Assembly (NCBI GenBank): GCA_964187785.1
Contig: OZ076411.1
Coordinates: forward strand, 59,148,001 to 59,212,000
Source of the DNA: Amphiscolops sp. MND2022
Taxonomy: Eukaryota
Direction of reading: 5' to 3'
Length of the DNA stretch: 64,000 bases
The first letter of the stretch is position 1, and each line of letters starts with the position of its first letter. A program made the translations under genes and the position numbers. The notes beneath the pieces were generated by a model that did no database searches, was not told the origin of the DNA, and saw only the letters and a program-made list of their open reading frames with translations. Shown in pieces: positions 22,824-36,773 of this stretch.

Positions 22824-24356
22824 TTTCCCAGGCGTCCGCCTGTGATGGTAGCCTATACTCCATCTGTCACAATTACCAGAAGGCTAAACCCAACACAATG
22901 CCCTTAAATTAAAACTTTCAAATAGAAAACTGCATTTATTACCGTAGAAGTCATGTAACTCTTATACTCTTGATATAAATTAACATTTACAGATATGATT
23001 TTGTATTCGTGATACTGGCGCTAATTCTATGATGTTAGTAAATTGGACACCAAGGCGTACAGGTAAAGGAAACGTGTTCAAATGTGTCCTTGCCTGTCGC
23101 CTTGGACAGCGAGTCCGAATAAGCTATCAACCAATCATAGTGCAGTCTTTCAATAACAGTGCTTTCATTCAATACCTTACGCGGTGCTTTAATTAATGGA
23201 CCAGACAGCCATATGCCGCCTGTCAACAAACAAGCGAGTACTATTATGTCGATTGGACACTGAGTCCACTTTTATTATAATGGCGCTAGCTAACAAGCGC
23301 TTTTACTCGGAAATTAGAGAAGCTTAGGGATTTTAGGAAATTAATTATTCATAGAATGAAAATGTAGTCCCAGAAAGCCTTATGGTGTGGAAATAGTGCG
23401 TGTTATTAACACATCCACATGTAATACCATGAAGTGTTGATGAGTGTTCAACTGCATGTATTTTGTTTTGTTTTGTACATGTATGTCGTTGCTCAGCTTT
23501 GTGGATCTACGGGCTTCCCGCCACATCATCAGTCTGCTGACCCCCGGGAATGTCCTTTGAAGATAATTACATCATAATGATGTCACCGTTGCTGTTTATA
23601 GCTGTTACTATATTTAGAAAGACCTTAAGTCTATTTTTGGAATATGACCGTTGAAATGTTGATTGTCATGTAGAATCTAGTATATATAGCCGGGACAACT
23701 GGTCCCGTTGACACAATTTGATTGATCCTACAAGTTAAAGCTACTCTGTAATACTCCACAAATTTGCAAGCCAAAGACAATTTACTTCTTTCTCTTGAAA
23801 CAATTTCTTATGACTTCCACAAAAAGACAAAAGGCAAAAAGCTAGGAAATCTAGAGAGATGCACATGATGTCCGATTTCGATAACCTAGACGTAAAGTTG
23901 GGAAATGAGAATAACAATCCCATTGAAAGGGAAATAACTGATGCGGTAGAACAGTCTTCAGCCCACAAGGACGCAGATACAAATACGTACCACAGAAATG
24001 AGTACAGTGACTTTACATATGAAAATGACTCTTTGAGGTAAAATGATCTCAGACAGTCCTTTGAGACTTTCTCTAACGAATTTAATCTCAGGTTATCTCA
24101 GGAAATGGACTCAATGATGTCCATGATGCATAGCCGAATAAACAGGGCCATTACTACTGCAATAGCTGAACGAGTTATTCCAGAGATGCAAAATATTACT
24201 AATTCAAGTTCATCTACAGATCAGAGGGACACTGAGGCCAGTATGTCCCCTAATAGGAGAACAGGGAAAATGTATCTGGGCCTAAAATGAAGATCGCGAA
24301 AAAGGACTCAAGGTCTGTAGGAGATTTGAGAAACACCACAGATTGTGGTTCTTACA
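22824..24356 (+). mobile_element. Solo LTR (1533 bp) of the long-LTR Gypsy group
   Basis: Starts tttcccaggcgtccgcctgtgatgg (TG>TT), ends ggttcttaca; TSD tcttg at 22819 and 24357; disrupted Gag N-terminal ORF at about 23790-24350. Confidence 0.88.
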
Positions 24357-24875
24357 TCTTGTTGCGGAGAAGAAAACGGAAGAATGCAATTTCAGTTCAA
24401 TTAACTTATTTTCAAATTCGAATGAAATAATCGCGGCAAAGATCATTATTCTGTAGGCAGCGAGAACGAAAGCCTGAAGACTAAGGAATAAGAATTTTAC
24501 GATCTGCAGCTGCTACCTTTGTTCTTATTGGAATGCTCTTCGGTTTACCGGGATGAAAAGCACACAATAATTTTGTTTGAAAAACACAATAAACACAGTT
24601 TTAATTGATACGACTGGTGTGAGAACTTAACAATTCATCAAACAAATGCTGCATTTGTGGAAGGGATTTTCATTGACTTTAATGCTACTTTCAATTGTTC
24701 TTTGTTATCAAATGCCGTTGTGCTTGACAGATTGACCAATTTTGCTCTTCAATTAGTCACTAAAGGTTCAATAGTTGGGGTGTTGAAAAAGGGAAACGTG
24801 ACTGAGTCGACAGTGCAACAAAGCGACTTCAAAGTCAATCACGACATAATGTGGCTTCGTAGAACATTTACATGT

Positions 24876-26125
24876 TGTCCCAGGCGGCCGCCTGTGATGG
24901 CAACATAAAGGCGATTCCCAAAAGAGCGATAGTTCCCAACACTTCACCTGCCAATTTACCCCTTCTCTGAGCCTAGAAAACTCGCAAATTTAGAAAACAT
25001 TCAATTACCAAAGTCATGTAACTCATTTATACTGCCATATTTTGTCTCAACGAGACTGCGAAGTACATGTAAAGTTGATTAAAATAGCTTATTGTTATTG
25101 TCGATCAAAATGTCCCTAAGACATTAAGTGACAAAACTAACCCACCTTATGTGCAGTCTACATTATTGTGTACTATTCACCATGCTTGCATGAAACCGAT
25201 ATTCAGAAGCGCTAATGTAATGAGCATGGCGTTACTATTTATAGACAACCTTGGATGGCCTTTGGAGGCGGCAATGACGTCACCAACATAACGCCGTCCT
25301 CCCTTTTATGATGCTAAAAATAGCAAATACTCACATGTATGTCATGCAATTTGTGCTATGTTTAGAGAATGAGAACCCTAAAACTGAGAGTCATGCAACG
25401 TAAGATATATAAATACCCGTACCCCGAGAGGGGACACAATTGTTATTCTTGCTTGTGATTGAAACATTGTAATTGAAAATCCTCGACATTATACTCTCAT
25501 TACGCTTTGCAATATCTGAATTGAGAAATTCAACTTGCCAAGTTACCAAAGTTTCCCAAGTTGTACTCAACGAGTAGTAAGAAAGCTAAAGCGAGGAGTT
25601 CACGGGAATCAGACATAATGTCAGACATCGAGAATATGGATGGACTTTATGCTGGGTACTGGTGAGTACAATCAAATAGAGAAGGATATTGATCAAATGA
25701 CTAGGTTCTCTAATATGTTAAACATGGATTAGAATGAAGAAGGGCACTCCTTAAAAGGTAAATAATCGCAGGATAATGAAATCAGGATTATGCCTGAAAA
25801 CAGGAATGATCATAGCGTTTCTAGGGACCTTGACATGTTAACGGTTGAAATAAACCTTAGAATCTCTCAAGAGATTGGTAGTTTGACAAATGGAAAGAAT
25901 TCTCAGACAGAAAGAGCGATAAGTTCCGCTATGAAAGAATTATCCCTCGGATGATGGGTGTTGTAGAGTCGATTTCAAACAAGCAATTAGAATGTGTCTC
26001 GTCTATGTCCAGGAGACCTCAAAACACAGATAGTGATGAACGCAATGTGAAAGAGATTGATATGCAAAACAGGAACTCCCGTTCTCGCGTAAATTTAACG
26101 GAACCCGAGAATGAGGGTCCTTACA
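24876..26125 (+). repeat. 5' LTR (1250 bp)
   Basis: Aligns over its full length with 39038-40288; TATA-like tatataaatacc near 25405. Confidence 0.92.
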
Positions 26126-27195
26126 TGGTGACATGAGGCTTCGAACCACAAACATCAGTTCCTGAGTTCTTGAATGGACGAATCCACACACAAACGACAC
26201 TCAGCCGTCATGCCTCTACTAGCAACATTAACCTGAACACTACTCTGCCGGATCCTCAAAACACACCAGCATCGTCACAAGACCCCATAAACAGACTAGC
26301 TGATACATTGGTCAATCTCAAGAACGAGCCCCAGAACCAATCTATTACCATCAGGCCCGTCAACAGAACCACAATGACATTTGATGGTAAAAGCGAAAAA
26401 TTTGTATCGTTTGAAGACCTTTTTCATACCATGATAAAAATGCAACCTGAGATGACGGAAGACATGAAAGTTAACCATTTCCACTTCCTTTTGAGAAAGA
26501 TTGCTCTCCAAACTTTCCGTAACATCAAGTCGTCCAACAGACAAACACTTGAAGACGTATTAGTAATCTTCCGCAGAGAAAACGTCAAGCCCGAATCCCA
26601 AGCTACAGCCAAACACAAATGGCACCGCCTAACATTTGACCCAGACACTACAAAATTGCCAGACTTCTTGGAAAAATTGAACCAAGAAGCCAAAAAAGCG
26701 TTTCGCGAAAATGCGAAAAACATGATTGGATCATATGAGGAAATAGTAGCACACCTAGAACGCGAACTTGAACTGAACGCGCTTGACGAATCAGATGACT
26801 TACCTATTGCGACCTTGACATCAGCTCACACAAAAAGTGGAGGCAGCCTTATCGCATCAGGCCTTGACCCAAAAACCTATTGTACCTACTGTAAAGAAAA
26901 AGGACACAACTATAAAAATTGCCCAAAATTGAAAGTCAAAAAAGAAAGGGAGGCCAAAGATGGGAAAAAACCAAAATATGTATACCCTTTATGTCCCACC
27001 TGCGAAAAAAAAACAAACCACCCAGCAGAAAGATATTGGAAGGGAGCGGGCGCACTCCTCAAGCCCAAAAGAAACATAACTGACGACAAGGAGGCAATAG
27101 ACGAATCCAACAAGAAAGAAGAATCCTCAGATAGCAACCCTACCACATCGAAAACATCAAATTCTATACTCAAAAACCCAAACCCAAAACATTAA
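25570..27195 (+). pseudogene. Gag; begins inside the LTR, disrupted; one CCHC knuckle (CTYCKEKGHNYKNC) and a second degenerate one
   Basis: LTR part matches the MPSTRSKK... ORF; 341-aa ORF 26170-27195 with FDGKSEKF..FEDLF and the zinc knuckle. Confidence 0.85.
26126..26137 (+). promoter_or_regulatory. Primer-binding site (PBS-like)
   Basis: TGG directly after the terminal CA of the LTR (TGGTGACA). Priming tRNA not identified. Confidence 0.7.
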
Positions 27196-27199
27196 TTTT

Positions 27200-30100
27200 G
27201 CCACGAATCCAAGTTTATCCGTTGACAAAAATTACCAACTTTGTCATTTCTGACACTCCATTAGCGACATTTAAAGAATATCGAAAAAAAACACTGTGGC
27301 CTACCAACTGTTATCTGGCAGCAACAGAGGGAAATTGCTCGCACTGAAACAGAGAACTTAATTAATGACACCAATACACCTCTCCCTAAACGGGAGCAAG
27401 ACTATACTTACGACTTCACTACTAGATTTGGACCACTCTCCCTCATCGAAGATTACGATCCCTACTATATAGATCCTGACTACAACCGGGATCCTTACTG
27501 GGATGATGAATTATACGACACAGCAACTACAATTCCATCATCACCTATCAAGTCACACAGATGACCAAAAAACAGACGAACCCGTAGAGGAAAACAAATT
27601 AACAAATGCTTTAATCCACCTATTAGAACCCAACCAACCTACACACTCAGGACACTCTAAGCCCCCGAAGCGAAATACAACACACATAAATGAGGAGACA
27701 TCCCTCCTTGATGAGACCATTTTCGCTAACGTCCTTATATCCTCGGTAGGACATCCACCTTATGTTCCCCTGTCAACTAACCTTGGCCTCAAATACAAAC
27801 GCAGGATGCTCTATTTCCCCCTGGACTGCGGAGAACTCACAATAGATGGACTTGTTGACACTGGAGCTCTCACCAGTGCAATACCAGAATCTGACTTCCG
27901 AAAAATCAAGATGCTAACCCCTCAATCAATCAAAAAGGAAAGTTCTCCACTAAACTTCTAAATAATGGTAGCCAATGGACAATTGGAAACACCAAACGCT
28001 ACAGTAGAACTCAAATTTGAAGCTGCAGACATCGAATTCCACGAAATTTTCATAGTCATGGACAATCTGACCGGACCCATAATAGGGCTCATGTTCTTAC
28101 AGAGGAACCACACAGTGCTGAACATGAGACAAAAGAAACTTAATTTCACTTATTTCTCCATGCAATTAAAAACCGCTAATCACAAAAACTCCAATGTGAT
28201 GGAGCTGATTCTCAACCCATGCGACATTACAATTCCACTGAACGACAGTGACAATCCAAACCCAATCTCAAGTTTATTCTGAACATAACGTTGCAGGAAT
28301 ACTTCAATCGAGTGATACATTGCATGAAGAAGGAGATGTGACATTTTGCCCAGGTATAATAACAATGACAAAAGGCAACACAAAAGTACACATAATCAAT
28401 TTCACAGACCAGCCATTCTGTATAAAGAAAGGATTTCATATAGCAAACTTCTCGGTACTGACTCCAGAACAATTGAGGAATATCCAACTGGTGGACCCTG
28501 TCACATTATGGCATTTACTTCAAGAAAACGAAGATAATGCAATACAATACGTTAGTAGCCTCCTCAAAACTCACCGGTACAGTGAAGACATGGAAAAATA
28601 TTTGTTCAATACACCAGAGAATACAGGTGAACAAACGACCCACACTCCGATCCAAAAGAGAATACTCTCAGAACTGCGTAACTTACAGGAACTCAATCCC
28701 CTAGAAAATGAACAATCAAGACAACAATTCTTCAAACATTTTGACTGGAAAGATTCCATGCTCAACAGACAAGAATTCGCAGAAGTAAAAAACCTCCTGG
28801 TCGAGTTTCACGACATATTTGCGCGTCACAGATTTGACATAGGAATGAACGAAGAATTTACAGTCAAATTATTACCAAAAGACGACTCACCAGCATACAG
28901 CCAGAGTCTACCTACCCCAGTAAAACACAAGGACGACATTCTGGTTGAACTAGCACACTACTACACAAATAAGGAATAATCACAACATTATCGTTCTCAA
29001 AATACGCCAGCCTTTTTTTCGCACAGAAGAAACCAAACGGTAAACTGCGCCTCCTAGTAGATCTTAGAAAAATCAACAATCTCATTTCCGACAATTACCT
29101 TAATAATAACCACCCAGTCAGTACAATAACTGACGCCGCACAACACATGGCAGGGAAAAAGATATTTTGCAAACTTGACTGCTCGCAAGCCTATCATTGC
29201 CTTCAAATGGCTGACCAAAGGTCAATTGAATTATTAGCATTCAAATTCGCAAGCAGGACATTTGCGTACAGGCGACTTGCACAAGGGCTCAGAAGATCAT
29301 TGTCTGCTTTCTCCAGCTTTATGGGGGAATATCTAGATAAAATATTCAAAGCAAACCAATGTGCCCAATATGTCAACGATATTGGGATAGCAGCCAACAC
29401 CGCGGATTAATTTTTGATAAACCTACGCGAAACGTTCAACAGCATTTGCAAAGCTGGACTCAAACTAACAATGCACAAATGCAACTTCGGAGCCACGGAA
29501 ATCAGGTTCCTAGGACGAACAATCACACCAACAGGAGTGAAACTACAGAAAGAAAACGTGCAAAACTTCCTAGAGAAAACCAAATTTCCAAAATCAAAAA
29601 AGACTCTCCAACGATACCTTGGGTTCCTTAATTACTATAGGAATTACATCCAAAGACTATCAGAAAAATTAGCACCATTTTTCCAATGGATGATGACATC
29701 AGCTCAAGAATGATGACAAAGTATTGGTTACTCAAGAAGTAATCAAACAATTCAACGCCATCAAAAAATATCTAGACCGATGCTGTGAATTGGCACTTAA
29801 ACAACCATTGCCTAACAAACAATTTGCTTTAATGACTGACGCCAGTTTTTCAGAAGCGAGATACGCCCTCCTCACGGAAGGCGATGCCGAACAAAAATAC
29901 ACCTCATTAAGGAAAGCATATGCTCCAATAGCATATGGCTCGAAAACCTTCACACCCTCACAACTGAAGATGTCCATTTATGCAAAAGAATTCCTAACCA
30001 TATACTTTGCATTTAGGCAGTTTGGACATTTCTTCTGGAGGGAATCACAGCCCATAAAACTACTTACGGACAATAAAGCGGTCACCAGGTTCTTCCAAAC

Positions 30101-32377
30101 AAAGGTAATCACTACGCCACTGTTAAACGCCTGTGACTATTTAGTTCAATTCAACTTTACCATAGCACATATCCCAGGGAAATACAACACGGCGGCAGAT
30201 TACTTCTGCAGACTTTAAATGGACCCCAAGCATAAACTGATACTCACTATAAGAGAAGATATCACTACAAAACCAGTAGAGGTCAATATCCAATCAACTG
30301 GAGTCGCAGAGGAAGAGCGAATCTTTATCACAGAAGATGATGACGAAACGGAGCAAGAAAAGTGGGAACGAAAACAACGAACAAAACAAAATCCTACAAT
30401 TGCCGAATCAACAATAACAATAGAAACTATGTCCACAAACACTGTCAACACACAAAGACATCAGATCACGCCTCAGAAAGAAATCAAATAGCGGCTGAGC
30501 AGACAAAAGATGGGACAATGGTTCAACTTACAGCTAAAATCCAAAAAGAAAATTACTCTGAAGAATTACTTCAACAAGACATACGATAGAAACATTACCT
30601 TAGAATTACCGAACTCATAGTACTGCGGGACGAAGTACTGGCACGACAGTACTTCGATGAAACAGGACAATATAAATCCAAAATTACCAAATCCTTTTAC
30701 CTCGGCACTTAATTGGCGAACTACTGGAATCCCTCCACGGTAAAAACCACAAACATCCAGGCATAACCAAGATGCTGCAAGAAATACGACGGAAGTATGA
30801 TTACCCAGGGATTACTAAATTAGTCGAAAATAGGGTTCAGGGCTTCGAGATTTCCGCTAAGGACGAAAGGACACCAAATGCGACAATCAACCCTGAGTTA
30901 CTTAACCTACCAGAATGGGATTTGGGCCCTGAAGAGGCAATGCAAATTGACCTTCTCCCTTACCTACCACCAAGCAGAGGACACAACTGTATCATAACAT
31001 CAATTGATGTATTCTCAAGATATCTGTTTGCATACCCGTTAATTGAGGCAACAGCGACATCGACAGCTGAAGTTCTCATTGATATAATGACTAAACACTT
31101 CCTACCTTCCATATCTTCCTACAACGCTGTTAACGGACAAAGGGTCGTTATTCACACCAATCAATTTTGAAAAAATAACCCAAATTTTGGGAATAACACT
31201 CAAATGTGCCACGACAGAACACCCACAAAATATAGGCAACCTCGAGCGAACTCCTGCCTTACTCAAAACAAACCTTTAAATGGCATCAGGCGAGCACCGT
31301 CGCCAATGGCACAAATACTTACCCTTAGCAGTGTTGAACTACAATACCACATACCATACAAGCATTGGGTGTGAACCAACTCGCGTTTTCCACGGTCGGA
31401 TACCGCACAATATATTAGATCATAAATTAGGTATCAACCCTATTAAAAAAATTCCTAATGACAACAGACTTTGCAGACGCATTACAAAGAAAAACGCAAA
31501 TACTTATTGACCAAACAAAACACAATGTCATGCAATCGTAATTGAAAAACAAAAAATATTATGATCGCAAAGCCCGCGCTACACCATTAAAAAAACAGAT
31601 TTTTTATTCATCTTACAGCCTAAAGCGGACCACCAAGGATCCAAAATCCCATTTAGTGATTATGAATGGTATGGTCCTTACATTGTCCAAAAACCCTACC
31701 TAATGACAATTACATAGTGCGCAAAAATAACACCAACAAAACACGAATCATGCATCGAATACGCTCTAAAAAATTGTTCCTAACAAACCAATCATTGATT
31801 CCTATCAAAATGAAAAAATGCAAGCAGATGATGATGTTATTGTACCGCAAGATGATCCGTACACACTAGCATGGAAAACTGATTTCGCTAATCAATGTCC
31901 AGAGCATCCTGATACCGTGTCTATACCGACGTGTCCTTTCCGACCACAAGCGCTTGAGATTGAGACGGCTGACGAAGCAGCTGCGACTCGCATACGCGTA
32001 GATAGCAATCCAAAGAATCCGAACAGCAGTGACCTCAACAGATTCCGTACGGCGTGACGCAACAAGACATAATGACGTCACACAACTTACTAATGAATCA
32101 AACGAACAACAACCTGTCTCGGATTTGCCTAAACAGCGTCAAAAGAATGAAAACGCCCCAAATGAGGATGAAAAAAATTTGACAAAACCAAACAAAGTCA
32201 TTTAAAAGAAACTAATGATGACACTAATGATTCTTTAGCCGGGGGAGATATTACCATGCCCGGAATATCAGAAATTGATGAAAATGGAGAAACAAACGAA
32301 AACACCAGCCCTAGAGGGGGAAATATAATCCTCGACCTAACCCCAACCCCAACTACAATGACGAATACAGATACTAG
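27200..32377 (+). pseudogene. Pol (protease, RT, RNase H, integrase), many stops and frameshifts
   Basis: LVDTGA at about 27857; YVND (YxDD variant) at 29369; TDAS and TDNKA in RNase H; HGKNHKHPG and IDVFSRYL in integrase. Confidence 0.92.
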
Positions 32378-32498
32378 ACACAAGAGTAAATTATCAGTTC
32401 TCATTTTAGATAAATAGTATTTTGAGGAGGGACACTTTTCAGTCTATTTTGAATGAACTAACTAAAGAAATCAGGTGAAAATGGACTAACTAAATAAC

Positions 32499-35400
32499 TC
32501 AACTTACAAATAAATGTAACAATTCAAACAAAGATTCTTCCTTGCTAGATCCCTGCAAGTCAGCAACATTCCGCGCCACATCAGATCGACTGACGCTTCT
32601 GAAACACTGCTGACTACGAATACGCCGAGCAGGGCGCAAGGGGGACATCTCCGAACTCACCACTCCTACGGGCCACACTCGCACACTTTGAGGTTGCACA
32701 CTCGCACACTCGCACAACTTCTTATGACTAGTGGATAATCCTTTGTGGATCTCACTCCGTCCAAAACAATCGACACTGTGCCAAGGGTTGTAAGTGGAGT
32801 CCAACCCAGTACTTCCAAAATCTAGGGCGAGAGTGAAGAACTCCTCTAGAGCCTTATCGGTAGTGCAGATGGGGACAAAATGAGGGAGATTGGCGAGGAA
32901 AGATTGCACTGGCAAGATAACGTCAGTCACTCGACAGCCGGGATTGTCAGTCTTAATGCTTCCAAAACTAACAACAGTTGCTGGAAGGATATTTATCAGT
33001 GAGACACAGGCATTTCAACCTAAATAAATGGTTGATGTGTCTACGTTCCTTGAGAGCTGGTAAAGTAGAGAGGAAATCCACCACATCTTGAAAAGCACTG
33101 GTGTTAGAAGTTAGGGACACTCTAGTGCCCCGTAAATGACTGAGGACACTAAGGTACTTATCTCGGCACTCTTGTTCACTGCCATCATTTACCCATCCTT
33201 TTAGCCTGAAACCTCTGTAAAGGTCGCTGAAACAACGGTTGGCAAAATCCAATGGCATCTCAACCATGACTTGAGCATCAAAACACGCCATCCCTTTCAC
33301 GTTGTTAGTGGTCATGGTCACGTGTTTACGCACCCCCTCGATAAAGAAGAGATAGTAGTTCCTAGCGAGGTTGCAAAAGTCAACTCGTATCTTGCTCACA
33401 AGACTGTCAAGAATGGATCTGTCTATTTTCTTTTCACTGAGCTCTGCAGCTGCCTTTTTCTTCAACGCTCGATCAACCTTATCTGCAAGGTTAAGTCGGT
33501 GGAGGAAATCATCAGGCAGCAGAGCTTCTTGACCTCCTAAGTGCACGGAAAGCAGTCCGGTCCAATCATCATCAGTGGGTACACATCTATCAATCAAGCA
33601 CCGAACACAGAGTTTATGAAAGAAGCGCACGAGCTATCCATACATGTAGAATCCAGCGTCTCGTCTGTTACTCAAAGAACGTTCAAAACAAGATACGACT
33701 AAAACAGAAAAGGAAACAATGATACGAGACACAACCAATGACATGAATAAGAAGCGTTATACCCCTAGGAGAAACTTATATGTCGGTTACACAATATCAA
33801 TCAAACACACACAAATGAGCTCCACACATAGGATACGAAACAGATCCTAACGAAACAACCTATTCCAAATGAGGATAACGGATACATTCTCTATGGTTAT
33901 GAACTATCACCCATTTTACCAAAGGAGAGGTCTCGTAGGTAGAAGTAAAAGCCTTATGAGGTGAGTTGAGCATTCACTTCATCTACGAATCTACCAATGA
34001 CAAGGGAGTACTTACAGTCATGTACAATCCACGAAAAGAGTTCAAGCCGCACAGTGAACAAGTCGTCCATCAATATCATGCAGTCGAGAGTTTGTCGCTG
34101 AAAAAACAATGAATAGGTGTCAGGACAATATACGTTAGAGGACCCTTTAAATGGCATGAGAAACAGTGAATAAACCTTTGTTCGAATGCCATTCATGTCT
34201 TGACGGCGACTGGGCTTGCGGAGGAACTCGGAAGCTTGACCCCAGTGGGACAGCAACTCGTGACTCACCAGGAGTAACGTCATAAGGACGAACTTGTACT
34301 TTGTAACAGCCTGAGATGATGACAATATCTTACCTGTAAAGAGAATTTAGAGTAAAGGAGGAAAAATGTAGTACTTTAGACAATTCGGGACACTCCAATG
34401 TCCAAGGCTGAGATAAGCTGCCGCCCAAGCAGACCATGAGTCGTTGGAGGACAGAGAAAAAATCTATTCGTTCGAACGCATTGTGGCTGTCGCCGTGCAT
34501 TATTGCTTGCAAATCGACGCTGTCGAAGCGGAAGGGAGACTGTAGACTGCGTTCAAATACACCTGACTCGTCAACAGTTTGGATGAAGTCGCTAGGACCT
34601 CCAGAGACTGCTACTAATTGGTGCTTGGTAGAGACTACCGACAAAATGCAGGAGAGTGATCCCATTTGCCCGGACAGAGGAGGACTCTGCAGCCCATAGC
34701 GCCAAAGGAAAGCTTTGACGAGACTGTTTTCATTCCAGAAACGAATGAAGACATGATTGAATCTTCCCACGACCACGTATTCAAGAGCAAACGGTCCAGT
34801 GGTAAGTAGTTGCTGTCAAAAATCCTTCAGAAGACAAGTGACGAAATGATGAAAGATGACCTGTAACACAAAAAGGAATTGGGTAGATAGGTACTACAAA
34901 GCCAAGTACGGACACAAACAACTGACTCACGCAACTAGTGACTATAGTGAAAATTACTACCTATGAATGTAAGGGAGTTAAGACTTACGGTTATTCTCTC
35001 TTCACTCCAAACGAAATCCGAGAATAAACTCTGGTGATTAGTGAAAGTGCCCACGTTAGTCCAGATTTTACGCAAAGTGGCAAGGTCTCAGGCACTTTTC
35101 AAGTAACCTCCAATAAGACAAAGTTGTGTGTAACCCCTGTTTCGGCTCGGCGAGGCACTCCCCCGTAATGCTTTAAAGACCTCATAGAAGGGCAGCTTAT
35201 CTCCAATCTCAACAAGCTCCTCGTCAACAAATTTGGGCAACTCAAGATCCAATTCGAACTTGTCCAAAAGACTCCATTTCTATCTTACACAAAGTGAGTA
35301 ACGGTCTTGCTAATCGGATCAGTCCTGCGAAGATGAGTGTACCGCCACTTCTGATCCTTGCGGAAGTGCTCCCAGGATGACAAGTGCCTCTTTACTTCGG

Positions 35401-36773
35401 CCGCTCTTTTTCCATAAAGGATACATTGCGACTAGAAATTTGACAGTAGAAGCAATGGGGGTTGTCTAGGGGGTTCATAGGTCCCGACACAAAGACTCGC
35501 GACCACTCTATTTGCGGAAATAACTCTCCTTGAAGATTTTGTCAGGCTGCTCATTCTCTGCTTCTTGGTAGGCGGATCACCAACCTCAACAGTTCGGGTA
35601 GGTCTCTTGCTGCTATTTTCACAGGTAGATTCCTCCAGGGCTTCTTTCCGGAGAGATGCTAGCGTGACCCGTCCTTGACTACTTCCAGACGCTCCCGGTA
35701 ATTGTGGAGGAAGAAATTCGTGAATAGTTATCATCGGTTCTGGGGATTGATCTTCGATATCAGTATTACTAGCCACGCTGAAATCACTATCACCTGTTTG
35801 AATAGCTCCACTAGTGTAGCTCTCTGTGTCGCTACTCACGGGACAGACGTCATTGTCAACAGGGGTCCCCACCAAAGAGGGCATCGGAGTGGCCGGCCTG
35901 AACTCGCTGTGGCGAGGGGTCTTTGTGTGGCTTGATGACACGTTGGGACTTGCAGGTAGCCTAGATGCTCGTTGCAACAACCCGCTCATCATTTCAAAGG
36001 ATGCGTGTGCGGTTTCATCGCACGCAACTCTGATGAGGTTGTATACTTGATCCTCGCTAAAAGCAACCGTGGTGTGGTCCTTCGACAAGGTAGTTGGCGG
36101 ATTCTTTTCGAAATAAGTTTTAAAAAGTGACCGGCTCGGCCCACTGGGTCGTCGCAAATGGGGGTACGGGTCATAGGAATTCAACCAAATCGGACCCTGA
36201 TTCTCTTCCTTTCCTGATGGACCAGTCTCGACTGTGCCAGTCGCCAAGTCTTCAAGATGACTGGAATGGAATTTCGACTGATGCAACACAGCAAAGCATG
36301 ACTCGCCATTAGATACGGTCGGAATGCCCTGAGTCTCTGTGAAGAGCTGTTTCGGTGGGGGTAAACGAATACACTCCCCAAGACTGATGACGTCTGAATC
36401 ACTGTCCACGAAGACCCGAGGGACGGGCACCACAGGAGTTTTAGCCTCTTCAGCAAGCGACTTGTCCTCGGTTGAGGCAGGCTGTCTACTCGGGGTTGAA
36501 CCATCAGGACTCCCACTTACCGAGACGACGGTGGGCTGAGTAAAGAGAAAAGTGTGTTCGGCAGTTAGACCTGTTTCGAAGGGAATCTCCTGCGCAATAG
36601 TGGAGATTGGAATGTCTGTTTGCGCTTCAATTCGACGGACATAATCTAGAGCAAATTGGTTAACGTCATCCCCGGAACTGTCACTCGACTGGGGAACAAT
36701 GTTTGCCTGATCTAATTGGGCTGTTTGAATCGCATTCCCTGTGTTCGGTTGAGGTTAATCAGGGTCAGCCATG
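32499..36773 (-). pseudogene. Antisense, spliced hAT-transposase-like gene (~1250 codons; 4 exons: 34989-36773, 34176-34860, 34016-34097, 32499-33698) inside the Gypsy element
   Basis: Three GT-AG introns (34861-34988, 34098-34175, 33699-34015) whose phases rejoin the frame. BED-like finger W..V....FYCQI..RNVS...G..EVKRH....EH at about 35360-35500. Pattern resembles the hAT catalytic core. A few stops and frameshifts. Confidence 0.7.

Noticed and set aside
26296-31977. Many minus-strand ORFs over gag/pol (and 46910-51079 in the second element)
   Set aside because: Antisense shadows of retroelement coding sequence; unlike 32499-36773 they have no splice structure or domain signature.
34328-34340. 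Donor-like TACAG|gtaaga inside the antisense gene
   Set aside because: Protein-like sequence (LLSHWGQASEFL) continues just beyond it in a shifted frame, so it was treated as a frameshift within exon 2. A short intron cannot be ruled out.
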